From the NCBI GenBank assembly GCA_964016885.1, contig OZ024742.1:119536001-119600000 (forward strand): a stretch of 64,000 bases of DNA, read 5' to 3'. The position numbers and the translations under genes were made by a program. Under the pieces are notes generated by a model. It was not told the origin of the DNA and did no database searches. It saw only the letters and a list, made by a program, of their open reading frames with translations. Positions 38,281-50,699 of this stretch are shown one piece after another; position 1 is the stretch's first letter; every line of letters starts with the position of its first letter. Source of the stretch: Eledone cirrhosa (lineage: Eukaryota).

Positions 38281-39312
38281 CATTATAGTCAGTTTTTCTG
38301 AGCATATATTGTTTCCAAATCATATCTTTCACACCCCCATAACGAGTTTATTTTTTCAAACCAATTTATAATTTTCTAAAATATTCCTAAGCTTCACATC
38401 TCCCAAAATATTTCTCACACACTACTTTGAGTATCACTAATTCAGAAAGGTTCCAGCTTCTCGTACGACTCTTATAATAGAAGCGGTACATCTGAGACTC
38501 GAATGTCAATATGACCAGCAGTTGTACTATCAGTTCTTTGTCCAATAGATAAGTATCTTAAGAACTCTCACTTTCACGATTTTATTTCACTCACTAAGAA
38601 ACAGATTTCTTCTTTTTTTGTTTTAATGTAATCATAATTAGAACGAAATGTCAAGGGGGCAAAATCAATAAAGTAATATAAGTTATCTCCCTTGAAATTA
38701 ATTTTCCTCACGTGTTTATTTTAGAAAACAGCCTATGTGCATACATTAATCAATACGTTCCTGTAGGTAGTAGTCCTTTTCAGTTAACTGTTCTACCTGA
38801 GGAAAATTTCTAGATTCCCAGCGCTCACATTTTTACTTTGATAATCGTTAAATCCTCCAAATAGCGTCCACTGTGTACTTCTACCAATAATATTCGACAT
38901 TTAAGATATTTAATAAATAATATAGTTTATTAACAGTCTAATATTAGCGATTAACAGCTAACATTATTTATTTATTTATTCTATTGTAATGAGGAAGATT
39001 AATACTATATTCTATTATCGGTGGCGAGAACCCGAGTGATCCAAATCCGCTGTTTCATATGTTATGAGTAAGAGCAGTATTACGCTGTGTTAAGTTAACT
39101 CTCAATATCAACTCACCCAACTGTAAATAGGTATCTTCGGAAGCTATAAGTAGTTACTATTAGCACCAACAGACTGCTTAAATGACATAGTTTTTTTTAT
39201 TTTTATTATTTATTTATATAACATTACCTGTGAAAAGAAGAATAGCGGGGAATTGTGGTACACAGGGGCGCTTGCTGCATAAAAAATAACGATTGGGAAA
39301 GTGAAGTCTAGC

Positions 39313-39497
39313 CAGTAGCGTAGCTAGAGGAGGGGTGGAGCGCTCTGCCCCGGGCGACACGTTTATGTGGGGTGTGGGTGGGGGGGGGGGGGGGGGCACT
39401 TTTGGGTCTACTGTAGGCTATAAGCATTCTTTTAATGCTACAGCATAATATTATAATTGTACACAGACTAGTCAATATATATATATATATATTATTT

Positions 39498-39540
<43 letters not shown>

Positions 39541-39611
39541 CAATATGTATTTTGTGGGGGGGGGGGATTCAAGGGCTGCCCCGGGTGGCACACATTCTAG
39601 CTATGTCACTT
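39313..39611. mobile_element. MITE with internal (TA)n
   Basis: Imperfect TIRs CAGTAGCGTAGCTAG / CTAGCTATGTCACT; subterminal CTGCCCCGGG repeated. Confidence 0.55.
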
Positions 39612-39752
39612 CACTGACTCTAGCATACTTATTGTAGTGGGCCAATGAATTTCAATTAAAATTATAACCACAAGGAGAAGAATCCATTACTATTAATAAT
39701 TAACTCTGATCAAGAAAGGCAAAATAGAAAACACCCGAAATTAAAACTTATT

Positions 39753-39942
39753 GGTGGATTGGCAGTATCGGTAGAGGGTCGGACGCCATGCTTTGACGCA
39801 TAGAGTTACGGCCCTTGCCATTCTGAGTTCAAATCCCGCCGAGGTTAACTTTGCCTTTCATTCTTACGGGGTCGATAAAATAAAGTACCAGTAATGCACT
39901 GGGTAATTGCTGGCCTTGTGCCAAAAAGTAGAAACAATTATT
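39753..39942 (+). mobile_element. Family-1 SINE
   Basis: Full consensus with A/B boxes. Confidence 0.85.
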
Positions 39943-40689
39943 AATAAAGAATCACGATTAAAATTATAAATAGAATGCTGTAAGGCATGATTCTAATCTT
40001 TGGCAATTGACAATTTCCGCCATGTTACGGTCTTATTGGACCTCATAAGCCCCACATTTCAACTGCTCCTTTTTTGTTTCAATGGTAGTGATTGGCCTGC
40101 GCTATAATTATTTCAGGTATTCCTCACCATAGATATGTGCTGACGGTCGAGTTCTCTAAAATGCAGGGCAGATTCTCTAAAATGGTTATAAAAATTACCA
40201 AAATATCATGATTTGATATATATATATATTTTTCATGTAGCAATTTATTTTGTAAAGCAGGTAACTGTATGAAACCATTGTTAGCTCATCCATCATAAGG
40301 CAGCAGTGGAATAGCAGACACAGTGGGCCCACCGGACTGACCCCCCCCCCCCCCCCATACTTTTTAATGGTGCTTCCACAGATTTATTAAAAAAATGTTC
40401 TGAAATAGGAAATACGTTCATTGAAGTCCTAACTTTACTAATTTCTCTTCTTAAGACAAGAACAAAAAATAGCTGGACAACAAAATCCCTAGAGAACTAC
40501 TGTGTCCACCTAAAATATTCTGACCCCCTCCACCACTTCTGGTGACATGCCTGCAGAAACAGCAGACGATAAAATCGAATGATTTGCATATTTTTATAGT
40601 GTTATATATATATTTAATGTCTTGGGTTATAACCTTGCTACAATTGATTTGACTTCATTTCGCTGAGATCGATAAAAGGATTCAGCCGT

Positions 40690-41230
40690 CAACATCCTGC
40701 ATGTACAAATTTGTCTCAAAACTCCGCCACGGATTTATGTTGAAGGCAAAACTCTGAAGACAGTCAGTAGTTTTACATACCTTGTAACTAGTTGTACAAT
40801 GTTAGACAAGGAAACTGAAAAATGCATAGGAAAGGCAAGTTCAGCTTTTAGTAAACTTTATGGTAGACTGTGGAACATTCACGATGTGTAAAAACAAAAG
40901 TCGATATCTATAAAGCTGTTGTTCTTACAACTTTCTTTTAGGGACAGAAGCCTGGACTCCCTATCGCAAACATAAATCAAATAACCAGTTTCCATATGAG
41001 GTGTCTAAAGCAGATCTGTGGTGTAAAATGGGATGTTAGAGAGAAAAATAGCGAATAAAAATGTTCTTGATTAGATTTCAGATGAAATGGTGCGGCTACG
41101 TTTTGAGAATAGATGATGAAAGAATCCTAAAGCAAATCTTATTTGGTCAACTTAAAGTCTCTCGTAGAAAACTAGACCGAAATTTATTTCGCTATAAAGA
41201 CAAGCTTAACGACAATTTGGAAAATTGACA
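40690..41230 (+). mobile_element. RTE/BovB-like LINE, post-RT remnant
   Basis: Reads FTYL.., IGKASSAFSKLYGRLW, IYKAVVLTT, FHMRCLKQIC, ILKQILFGQL. Confidence 0.75.
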
Positions 41231-41395
41231 TGAAGTATCTGTAACTATCCCTGTAATAATTACAGGCCTGAAATTATACGTTGGGATATTTTCTTTACTG
41301 AAATCCGCTAACCGGTCCTTGTCGTTTTCGACAGGAAACTCCATTATGTTTGTATGTATGTATGCATGTATGTATGTATGTATGCATGTATGTAT

Positions 41396-41836
41396 GAGTC
41401 AATGGCCATCCAAAATCACCGGGAGAGATGACTCCTTAGCCTTTGTCAAGGCAGAATTCTAGGAGAAGGAAAACTCTGAAAACTCTGATATAACACCTGC
41501 AACTCTGATGGAATCCAATGATGTTGACTTGTTCTTTTTGGTAAATATCATCTTGGTTAAGAGAGTGGGACTGGCTTTGTGCAGTGCCTTTGCTCACTAT
41601 AAAAGCTTCACAGCACAGGCATTGGTTTATATCTGGAGATCGCTCTGCACTTGTCATCACATGGTACCATGGGCCCTGCACTATGTGTCAGTAATTGTCA
41701 CAAGTGTAGTGTTTGTACCAGAGTTTTCAAGTCGCTGGCTGGACTAAAAAGTCACACTTGTTCAGCGCATCGGTAGGGGTTCTCCTACATGGATATAAAG
41801 TAGTGGCCATACTCGAAAACGAGTTGGCAGCCACCA
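41396..41836 (+). mobile_element. RTE-derived bipartite short element, type B
   Basis: Contains CTAGGAGAAGGAAAACTCTGA (RTE 5'-UTR-like); 3' part encodes CSVCTRVFKSLAGLKSH; tail GGCCATACTCG..CGAG..GCAGCCACCA(TGTA)n. Confidence 0.75.
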
Positions 41837-41854
41837 TGTATGTATGTATGTATG

Positions 41855-42388
41855 TCAGGTCGCTCTCGAGTGCTACTGGTAACATGTAACCCAATACAAC
41901 CTGTCTCGTGGTCGAGTCGCCGGCGGCTAAACCGGCAACCCCACCAAACTAGCTTGCTGAGGAGGGTGATAGTTGGACACCCTGCGGGATGAAATACAAG
42001 ACCCGGTAAAGGGCGGAGGAACTCAGCAGAGTCAACGACCATCCAAATAGTACTGTTTTTTTTTCCACCTGTGAGTGAAAGGCCCCCAGTTGTTGTCACA
42101 ACACCTTTCTAGGAGAGGGAAACTCTGAAAAAAAAAACCTTCGGCTTCGGAAGCATCCGATGATGTTGACTCCTTTTCGGGTGGTGTTTTCGATGTTTAG
42201 AGAGTGGGATTGGTCGAGTGCAAGGCCTTTCCCAGCTTAAAAAAAACATTCAAAACACAGGCATTGCTTGTTCAGGAAATGTTACAGATTTGTGTGGCTG
42301 TAGCCTAAAAGTGCACCAAACTCCATAATCCTCCAAGCAATTGCAGTACTCTTAGCAGAGTTTGCAGCCATCATGTATGTATGTATGT
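41855..42388 (+). mobile_element. RTE-derived bipartite short element, type A (about 520 bp)
   Basis: Highly similar copies at 45111-45637 and 61423-61937 start at the same TCAGGTCGCTC and end GCAGC(C/G)ATCA plus microsatellite. Confidence 0.8.
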
Positions 42389-42614
42389 TCTTCTGGTTTT
42401 ATAATTTCACAAATGTTTGCCAATAGAGAGAGAGTCGGTTTCTAACATAGACACAATACTCTCTCATTGGAATTTACACAACATCAACTAGGTAGATATA
42501 TATGCATGTCTGCATGCATGTGTAGATATGGATGTTATTGTACGTGTGGATGTGTATGTTTTGAGTTGTATGTGTGCATGTGTATATGCTTAGTATCTGT
42601 ACATGTGTATATGC

Positions 42615-44940
42615 AGTTATTAGATGCAACATTTTTGGAATGTTTTACATATTTTTACAGTTCCAATGGATTGTACTTGTAATTTCCTAACTAGTTGTGT
42701 TCTTTCTGTTCCTGTGAAGCCTAGCTTCTCAAGATTTGTATTGAGGCAGTTACTAACATATCCCAGTGCCCCAATAATCACAGGCATAAATTTGAAGGTA
42801 TAATCAGGGTGGAGTATCTGCAGATTTCTCATCAGTTCTGCATAAATAATCTCCTTTTCGCTAATCTTTGATATTATATTGGCATCTGCTGGACAGCTAA
42901 CTTCCACTACTGTGTATGCATTCTTTTCCCTGTCCCATATCATATCTGGTCTGTTATGCCTGCATTTTATTGGGGTTTTTACTGGAACATTCCACCAGTA
43001 CTCTTTCATATTATGTATATGTATGTCTTCCACATTGCTGTAGCTTCTAATGTCTTTATTATCGGGGCTATCGTTTCTACGGATTGCATTGTACAATGTT
43101 TTGGCCACTACATCATGCCTCATAGGTAGATAGTACCGCGATGACATCTTTGGGCAGCTGCTTATGACATGGGTGAGATCCTCGATGTTAATTCTGGAGA
43201 GTCTGCACTTGTTATCACATCTAGGTGTTTTGCCTGCATCCCTATCTCTTTTGTGAATCAGGTATTTCGTGTTGATTTCCTGTTCTTGGATTGCAAAAGC
43301 GTATCCTTCAAAGTGGGAGCCAATATAGCGGTTGTTGGTCCAAGATAGACTACTTTCCTTATCTATATTACTCTCTCTCTGGAGCTTCCTGGCAACATAT
43401 CCATGCATGATTTTTTGCTGATAAGCATGCAGTTTTTCATCCATGGATTCACTGCGATACTGCTGAGCGACATCCCTGGATGTGAGTTTTTGATTATCAC
43501 ACAGGGAATATCTCTCGAGGAGTTACTTCCCAACTCTCATGATCTTATCTGTTTCATGCAGATAGACTTGCTCGAGAGACGGGCTCCTACACTTCGAGGT
43601 TCGTAGATTTTGTCGGAGGGACATGATGTGACATTCGAATGTTGTCTGGACTGATGTTAGGCCTCTGCCTCCCTGCTTACGTTTAAGTAAAGGCGGTCTT
43701 TGACACTGTTGATGTGGAAGTTTCCGGTGTTGTTTAGTACTTTTCGAGTTCCAACATCAATTGCTCGAATTTCGTCTATCGTCTAATTGAGTATTCCAAA
43801 CGTTGGTGTTAGGACAGGCACAACAAACACATTGTGAGCCACTGTTTTGTTTTGCGCAGAGAGTTCCGAAGACCAGATCTTTCTTAATCGGGTGTAGTAT
43901 TCCTTGGTTATGCGTTCTTTATTACAGATACCATTATAGGATATGTTCTCATCTATCCCCAGGTATCTGTAGCAGTCCTCATCAGATATCGGTGAAACAG
44001 TTAGGCCATTGATGAAAATGTTGCTATATTGGGTTGTTGTTTTTCCCCGCTTTACAGTCATATACGAGCATTTGTCTTGGCCAACTCCATTCCTATCTCC
44101 TTTGAGAATGTTGTAATCAGGTTAAGATTTTTCTTCATCCCATCCATGTTCTTGGCATAGAGTTTCAGATCATCCACAAAAAAATTATGGGTTACGTTCG
44201 TATTTCTGTCCTTCTGGGAACCAATGATGTATCCTTCACATTTCTTGAGCAGAAAGGACAAGGGTTTTAATGACAAGATGAATAATATCACAGAGAGAGA
44301 GTCTCCCTGAAATATACCCCTACGATATTTTATTTTATCAGTGAAAATAGAGTCCTCCTTCTCTGTCTTTAACTTTAAGATAGTAGCCCAAGAAGAAGAC
44401 AGCTTCTCTATGGCTCTGATAATAATGTATGGGACTTTAACAAGTCGGAGGGCCTCTATCATCCAAGAGTGGGGAACAGAATCGAAAGCTTTCCTGTAGT
44501 CTAGCCAGACTGTAACCATATTCCTCCTAAGTTGTCGCACCTCCGACATCGCAGTTTTGTTGATTAGGAGTTGTTCAGCACATCCCCCAACCCCCTTCTG
44601 TCCAGCTGCTTGTTCATCTGTAATGATGTTATTTTCACAATGATCTTGGAGGAATAGGTTCAGGCAGGCTGTATACATCTTATACATCAGGTTCTGGCAT
44701 GCAATGCTAGTTTTTTGCCAAGTAGGTGTCTTTGTTCTTGGGGACCAGTAATGTTTGTGCTAATGTCAACCATTCTGGTATAAGTGTATCTCCCTTAAGA
44801 ACTTGTTGGTAGAGGTCAGTAAGATACCTCCGATAGAATATTAGTTTTTGTACCAGTAGCGGACAATCATGTCTCTTCCTGGTGTTTTCTTATCTTGGAG
44901 TTTTCCTATCACAGTCTCAAGGGTACCCTCATTTATTTCG
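42615..44940 (-). mobile_element. R4/Dong-like non-LTR retrotransposon (RT plus RLE), 5'-truncated and frameshifted
   Basis: WLDYRKAFDSVPH, GIFQGDSLS, FFVDDLKLY, YRYLG, CRL..EDLTHVISSCP..RHD, NRPD..VVEVSCP. Confidence 0.9.
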
Positions 44941-45110
44941 TATGTTTGTATGTATGTATTATGTAGAATATAATTGGCTGTGTAGTTGCTAGTTAAGGTA
45001 GCTTAAAATTGAGTAAGAATAAGAAGAAAGCAAGAACGGGGGGAGTTTTCCTCATCAGTTGTCTACTGGGGGTCTCGGATATTTCCACGCTTTAAATGTA
45101 TGTATGTATG

Positions 45111-45637
45111 TCAGGTCGCTCTCGAGTGTTACTGGTAACATATAATCAATACAACCTGTCTCATGGTCGGGTCGTCGGCGACTAAACCGGCAACCCCACC
45201 AAACTAGCTTGCTGAGGAGGGTAATAGTTGGACACCCTGCGGGATGAAATACAAGACCCGGTAAAGGGCGGAGGAACTCAGCAGAATCAACGGCCATCCA
45301 AATAGTACTGTTTTTTTTTCACCTGTGAGTGAAAGGCCCCCAGTTGTTGTCACAACACCTTTCTAGGAGAGGGAATCTCTGAAAAAAAACCCCTGCATCT
45401 TCGGAAGCATCCGATGATGTTGACCTTTTCGGGTAGTGTTTTCGATGCTCAGAGAGTGGGATTGGTCGAGTGCAAGGCCTTTGCCCACTTAAAAAACATT
45501 AAAAACACAGGCATTGCTTGTTCAGGATATGTTACAGGTTTGTGCGACTGGCTGTAGCCTAAAGGTGCACCAAACTCTATAATCCTCCAAGCAATTGCAG
45601 TACTCTTAGCAGAGTTTGCAGCCATCATGTATGTATG
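45111..45637 (+). mobile_element. Type A bipartite RTE-derived element
   Basis: Copy of 41855-42388 with (TATG)n on both sides. Confidence 0.8.
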
Positions 45638-46376
45638 CACTTATGTATGTTATCTTTCAACATATTTTTTCATACACAGAGCCTCGTTAACAAGGCATTA
45701 TAACAAATGCTTTCCCAGGGAGCACCGCACGGAGGTGAGGTTGACTTTGCCCCCATTAATGCGTTACTCGTGGATGCCGCGTAGCTGAACGGTTAAAAAG
45801 TTCGTTTCGCAATCATTTGGTCCCGGGATCGATCTTGACAAGTGTCGTTTGCCATTGCCACCGGTTGACCCAAGCCTTGTAAGTGAAATAGGGTAGACGG
45901 AAAGTCTTTGGAAGCCTATCCGATAATGGGAAATAGATTAACTTCCTTCGGTGGAATGTTCAGCCACTTACACATTAATTTTATGTGCAGGCTGTTACGT
46001 TGATGGAACAACTGGAACACTCATCATCGAAATCAACAAAAGTCCATTCCACGCTTGGAAATCAGTAATCGACCGACCAGACGAAACTGAGAATAGTTAT
46101 GTTAGAGCCAATATATTTAATGCAGGTCACATTAAAAGTCTAACTAAAAAGGATTTTGAGGCGAGAAAAAATCATTAAATATTAATGAAGGACTAACATT
46201 ATTTTAATTATATGTTGTTTTATATATATATATTTATATAAGAATAAATTCTCTCCCTAAAACATTTTTTTGTTTCATTTAATATCTTATTAAAATCAGG
46301 CTTGTCCATAAAATATATTGTGTTTCGTGAGACAAAATAAGTTTTGGAACCAGATATGGACCAATGGAAAGTTTTC

Positions 46377-46569
46377 AAACCTGTCAACTCTCTCCGTCCG
46401 ATGGGGAGATCTCCCACCCACTTAGGGGTGGGTGAAAGATATCTTCTCTTCTGAAAATGAGTATAGCTTTTATTATGTAAAATCCCCCCATTTTGCCTCA
46501 TTTCTCTCCGTTTTGGGGTTCTTTTTTCATGGTACTTCCCGTTTGGATTTTTAGAGGTTGGCAGGTCTG
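46377..46569 (-). mobile_element. About 195-bp MITE, third copy
   Basis: Matches 8433-8631. Confidence 0.7.
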
Positions 46570-46711
46570 CTATCTTAGCCATTTTACCACCTTCCAACTT
46601 CTATTTATTAATATTAGGATAAAGGCAGTAGAATGATAGAATCATTGGGGTGTTGGAAAAAATACACTGCGGTCTTTAGTTACACTCCTTTTAGTTAAAA
46701 TCTGCGCAAAG

Positions 46712-46843
46712 CAGTGCCGGATTTAGGACGAATGAGGCCCCTTACTTTTGAAAAATTAATCGTAAAAAGATTTTTTGGCAGGAAGATGAACCCCCTTGGG
46801 TAACAGGGCCCTGTGTTTAAGCACAATAGTAAATCCGGCACTG
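46712..46843. mobile_element. Short MITE (related copy about 47787-47954)
   Basis: TIRs CAGTGCCGGATTTA / TAAATCCGGCACTG. Confidence 0.7.
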
Positions 46844-47303
46844 GCGCGAGGGCAACAGTTTGGATCGATAAAGTACCTTAAAATACCAGATCGATTTAAT
46901 CGATTGTACCCTCCTCCGAAATCTGTAGCTTTGTGTCAATATTGAGACAGCAATAGTGAGATCCCATCAACGTCAAAATAGGTTTGATGACATCTATAGA
47001 AATAATTATATTTGGAGAATAAAAAACCCTCAAATTCCCATTGAAGTGAAAATAAAAGCCTGATGAAAATGAAAGCGATGACAGGAATGTGATGTAATGA
47101 TATTACAAAAGAAGTGAATGTAAATTATTAGAATAAATATATTGAGTAAATATACTGATGTTAAAGAAAACTGTACATACATGTAGTTAATTGTTAATAT
47201 AGATGTCTTCGGCCGAAGGAAATAAGAATCACAAATGCCACTTGATAGTGTTTTTAACTTATTTCTTCACATCTGTACGGGCAAATACGAACGCACACCT
47301 ATA

Positions 47304-47754
47304 TGTAACGAAATCTGTCCACGCCTTGAACCTTGGGTGACACCTAAAAGTCAAATTCTGGGTCACCATCCTTTTCGGTGTGGACAGGTTTATGCGTGGG
47401 CGATCCCTCAAGGTGGGAGACAGAAAGCGACAGGTATATAAAGTCTATATTTTCCCACGTTTTACACAGAGAGAAATCGGAGCTGTACTCTATAGACTAG
47501 CTATGTAAAGATTCACTGCTATATACAGGCCGCAGAGGTCTACAGACAACCACATACCATTACTCTCTCTCTCTCTCCTGGTCTCAAACTACACCTCATG
47601 AACCAACAACAAAAATACATCGTCTACCTTGCAGCTCGTGGTAACTTGTTTATTGTTCTTTTTGACTGAAGTGAAGTAAACCTTTTTATATATAAGTAAA
47701 TCAGCTATTCTTGTTATTCACATCTAACAACCACTATTAATACTTTCGTTACCA
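47304..47754 (+). mobile_element. Probable solo LTR (about 450 bp)
   Basis: TG...CA ends with inverted termini TGTAACGAAA / TTTCGTTACCA; 5-bp flanks CTATA / CTAAA; internal TATATAAAG and downstream AGTAAA signals. Confidence 0.6.
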
Positions 47755-47966
47755 CTAAAATACTCTTCGTTAAATATATTCATACTCAGTGCCGTATTTA
47801 GGATAAATGAGGACCTGTATTAGTTGATTTATGAGGCCCCATACTTAGGCTCTGAAGGAGGTAACAAAATTTGGGGGCTGGAAGATGAGCCCCCTCCTGG
47901 CCAACGGGGTCCTGTGCTTAAGCACGCCTAAGCACAATGGTAAATCCGACACAGCTCATACTTTTA

Positions 47967-48151
47967 CAGTGAAATTCCGTTATAACGAAATTCACGGGGT
48001 ATAAAAAATTCGTTGTAACGAAAAGTTCTTTATAACGAGATCGATCGAAACAAATCAAGCGTTTGTTTCTTATTTCCTCGGGGATTGAAAAAAATTTCGT
48101 TATATTGAAAAATTCGTTATAATGGTATTCGTTATAACGGAATTTTACCTG
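47967..48151. mobile_element. pogo/Tigger-like MITE
   Basis: TA|CAGTGAAATTCCGTTATAACGAA ... TTCGTTATAACGGAATTTTACCTG|TA, with internal TTCGTTATA repeats. Confidence 0.8.
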
Positions 48152-49549
48152 TATATAAATGTTACAATGGTACACAATCATACATACTCATTATCTTTCT
48201 CTCCCCTCTCTCCAAGGCACAAAGATAGACAAAAGACGTTTTGTAGAAGTACAGCAGTTACCCATGCATGTTAGTCTCTCCTCTCTACACCAACGATGTT
48301 GTCCAAGGGAAAGACAAAGAAGTCGACCAATACCGTATGACACCAATGTCGTCGTCGCCGTAGGTGAACGATATTCCAGCTGGATTGAACGCCAGTCCAT
48401 CATAGAGTTAACCTTACAGATGTTGTTGGTACTAATTTTTTCCAGTTGAGTGGACTAAAGCAACGTGGAATAACATGCAAGGACACAAGATGCTACCTGG
48501 TCTTGGAATGGAACTCATGGCCTTATGATCGTGAGTCCAACAGCATGACCACTAAGAAATATTATTTTAATAAAAGCGTCCAGCATCTTGAAAAAACTTG
48601 CTATAGATTCTCCTAAAATTAGAATATAAAATATACTTTCACAAAGTAGGATTATACAACTCCCAACAGTGGCACAAGAGGCACAAATTTTGACGCGTCA
48701 ATCACCCCGCCATCACCGTCACCGCCACCACCTTACTTGACTAGTATTTATTTTATTAATCTCCTCACTGTACATTACTTAGTTTGGAACAAGGTTAACA
48801 ATTTTGGTCAGAAGGCAAAGTCTATAATATCGACCATAGTATTTGACTGGTACTTTAATTTATCGACCTCGGAAGGACGAGAGGCAAAGTTGACCTCGGC
48901 GGGATTTGAACTCAGAAAATAAAGGGCTTTTACAGAAATCTAATGAGATTACTTATTATTTGTTCAGCTTTTATCAGATGCTACATAAAAAGCGTAAATG
49001 TGCGTGGCTTAGTGGTTAGCTGACAATCGTAAGGTCACGAGTTCAATTTCCGGCGGTGCAATGAGTCCTTGAAAAATCTCTAATCAATTTAGCCGTCAAA
49101 TATAAGTTGTAACCGTGATTCAAAGGGGCCAACCTTCTCACACAATATGTCTCGCTGAATCTCTCTGAGAATTACATTAAGGGTGCACGTGTCTGCGGGA
49201 TGCTTAACCACTTGGACGTTAATTTTACAAGCAGACTGTTCCGTTGATCATATAACTGGAACACTAGTCGTCGAAACCGACGAGGGACCAACACATAAAA
49301 CGCACAAAGGAATATTAAACAAATGAAATAAATAGGTAAAGAAATTAATAAAGTGATTTTAAGAGAAAAGGGGACAAAAAGCCTTCTTCAATGGATGTGT
49401 TGTTAGGCAGTGCTATATTGTACCTCTTGGTTAATGATATCCAAATATTGATTCCATTTAAAGGCACAAACTTTCAGATTTATAGGATTCATTGTCCTAT
49501 ATTCAAGGTTTTCTTAATAGCATTAACATTAAAAAAGGTCTTTTATGTA

Positions 49550-49581
49550 TGATATATATATATATATATGTATATGTATTG

Positions 49582-49615
<34 letters not shown>

Positions 49616-49796
49616 TATATGTGTGTATATATATACATATATATACATACACATATATATATGATATATATATATATTATATATATATATATATACATAT
49701 ATATATTATATATATATATATATACATATATATATTATATATATATACATATATACATACATATATACATACATATATACATACATATATACATAC

Positions 49797-49863
<67 letters not shown>

Positions 49864-49933
49864 CACACATATATATATATATACATATATATATATATGC
49901 ATACACACACACACACATACATATATATATACG

Positions 49934-49967
<34 letters not shown>

Positions 49968-49970
49968 TAG
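49550..49970. repeat. Compound (TA)n/(TACA)n/(GA)n microsatellite
   Basis: Direct reading. Confidence 0.95.
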
Positions 49971-50699
49971 TAATCCTCGATATATCTGTTACTATCTATC
50001 ATTTCCTCTACTTAAAACAAGCGAAACTTTGTTGCTAATTCTGTCTTTCAGGTATTTCACCCAAAGTATTAATTACACAAAGACAATTTCTATTTACATT
50101 TAGCTGATCATCTTTCTCTAATGAAACGAGTTTCAAGTCCCTGAACCCATTTTGTTGTATCCACACCGCTCAAAATTCAGTATTCCTCATATGTAATCTT
50201 AGGCCAATTGATTGTTGTAGTTCAATATTCAGTTATACATATCCTTAGGTAGAGTTGGATATCGCTGGAATCTAATGAACAAGTTTCGATTTTATACGAC
50301 TGCTTCTGTTTCGCGTGACTTAGTGGTTAGGGAGTTGAATTCGCAATCGTGAGGTTGCAAGTTCAATTCTCGGACCTGGTGATGCGTTGTGTCCTTGAGC
50401 AAGACACTTTATTTCATGCTGCTTTTTCTGCCAGGAGTTGTGACTGGTAGATAGTATCAGCAATGGAAAGACCAACGGAAACATTGTTTCCTTGGTCCGA
50501 TTTGACAAGGTCCACCCCACTCGGCAAGAGAATGAGGTCTGGGATCTTGTCGATCGATCAGAGCGAGAGCTTCTGTTTCACTAGACAGTATTATCAATGT
50601 TTTAATTTGAAAACTGTTTGGTCTCCATGTGTGTGTGTGTGAGAGAGAGAGATATGTATTTACTATTCATTGTTTAAGGGTTAGTCCACTTTATGGTTC

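Noticed and set aside
41895-41940. HDV-like ribozyme (ACC-TGTCTCGT-GGT resembles P3/L3)
   Set aside because: I could not find matching P1 and P2 strands
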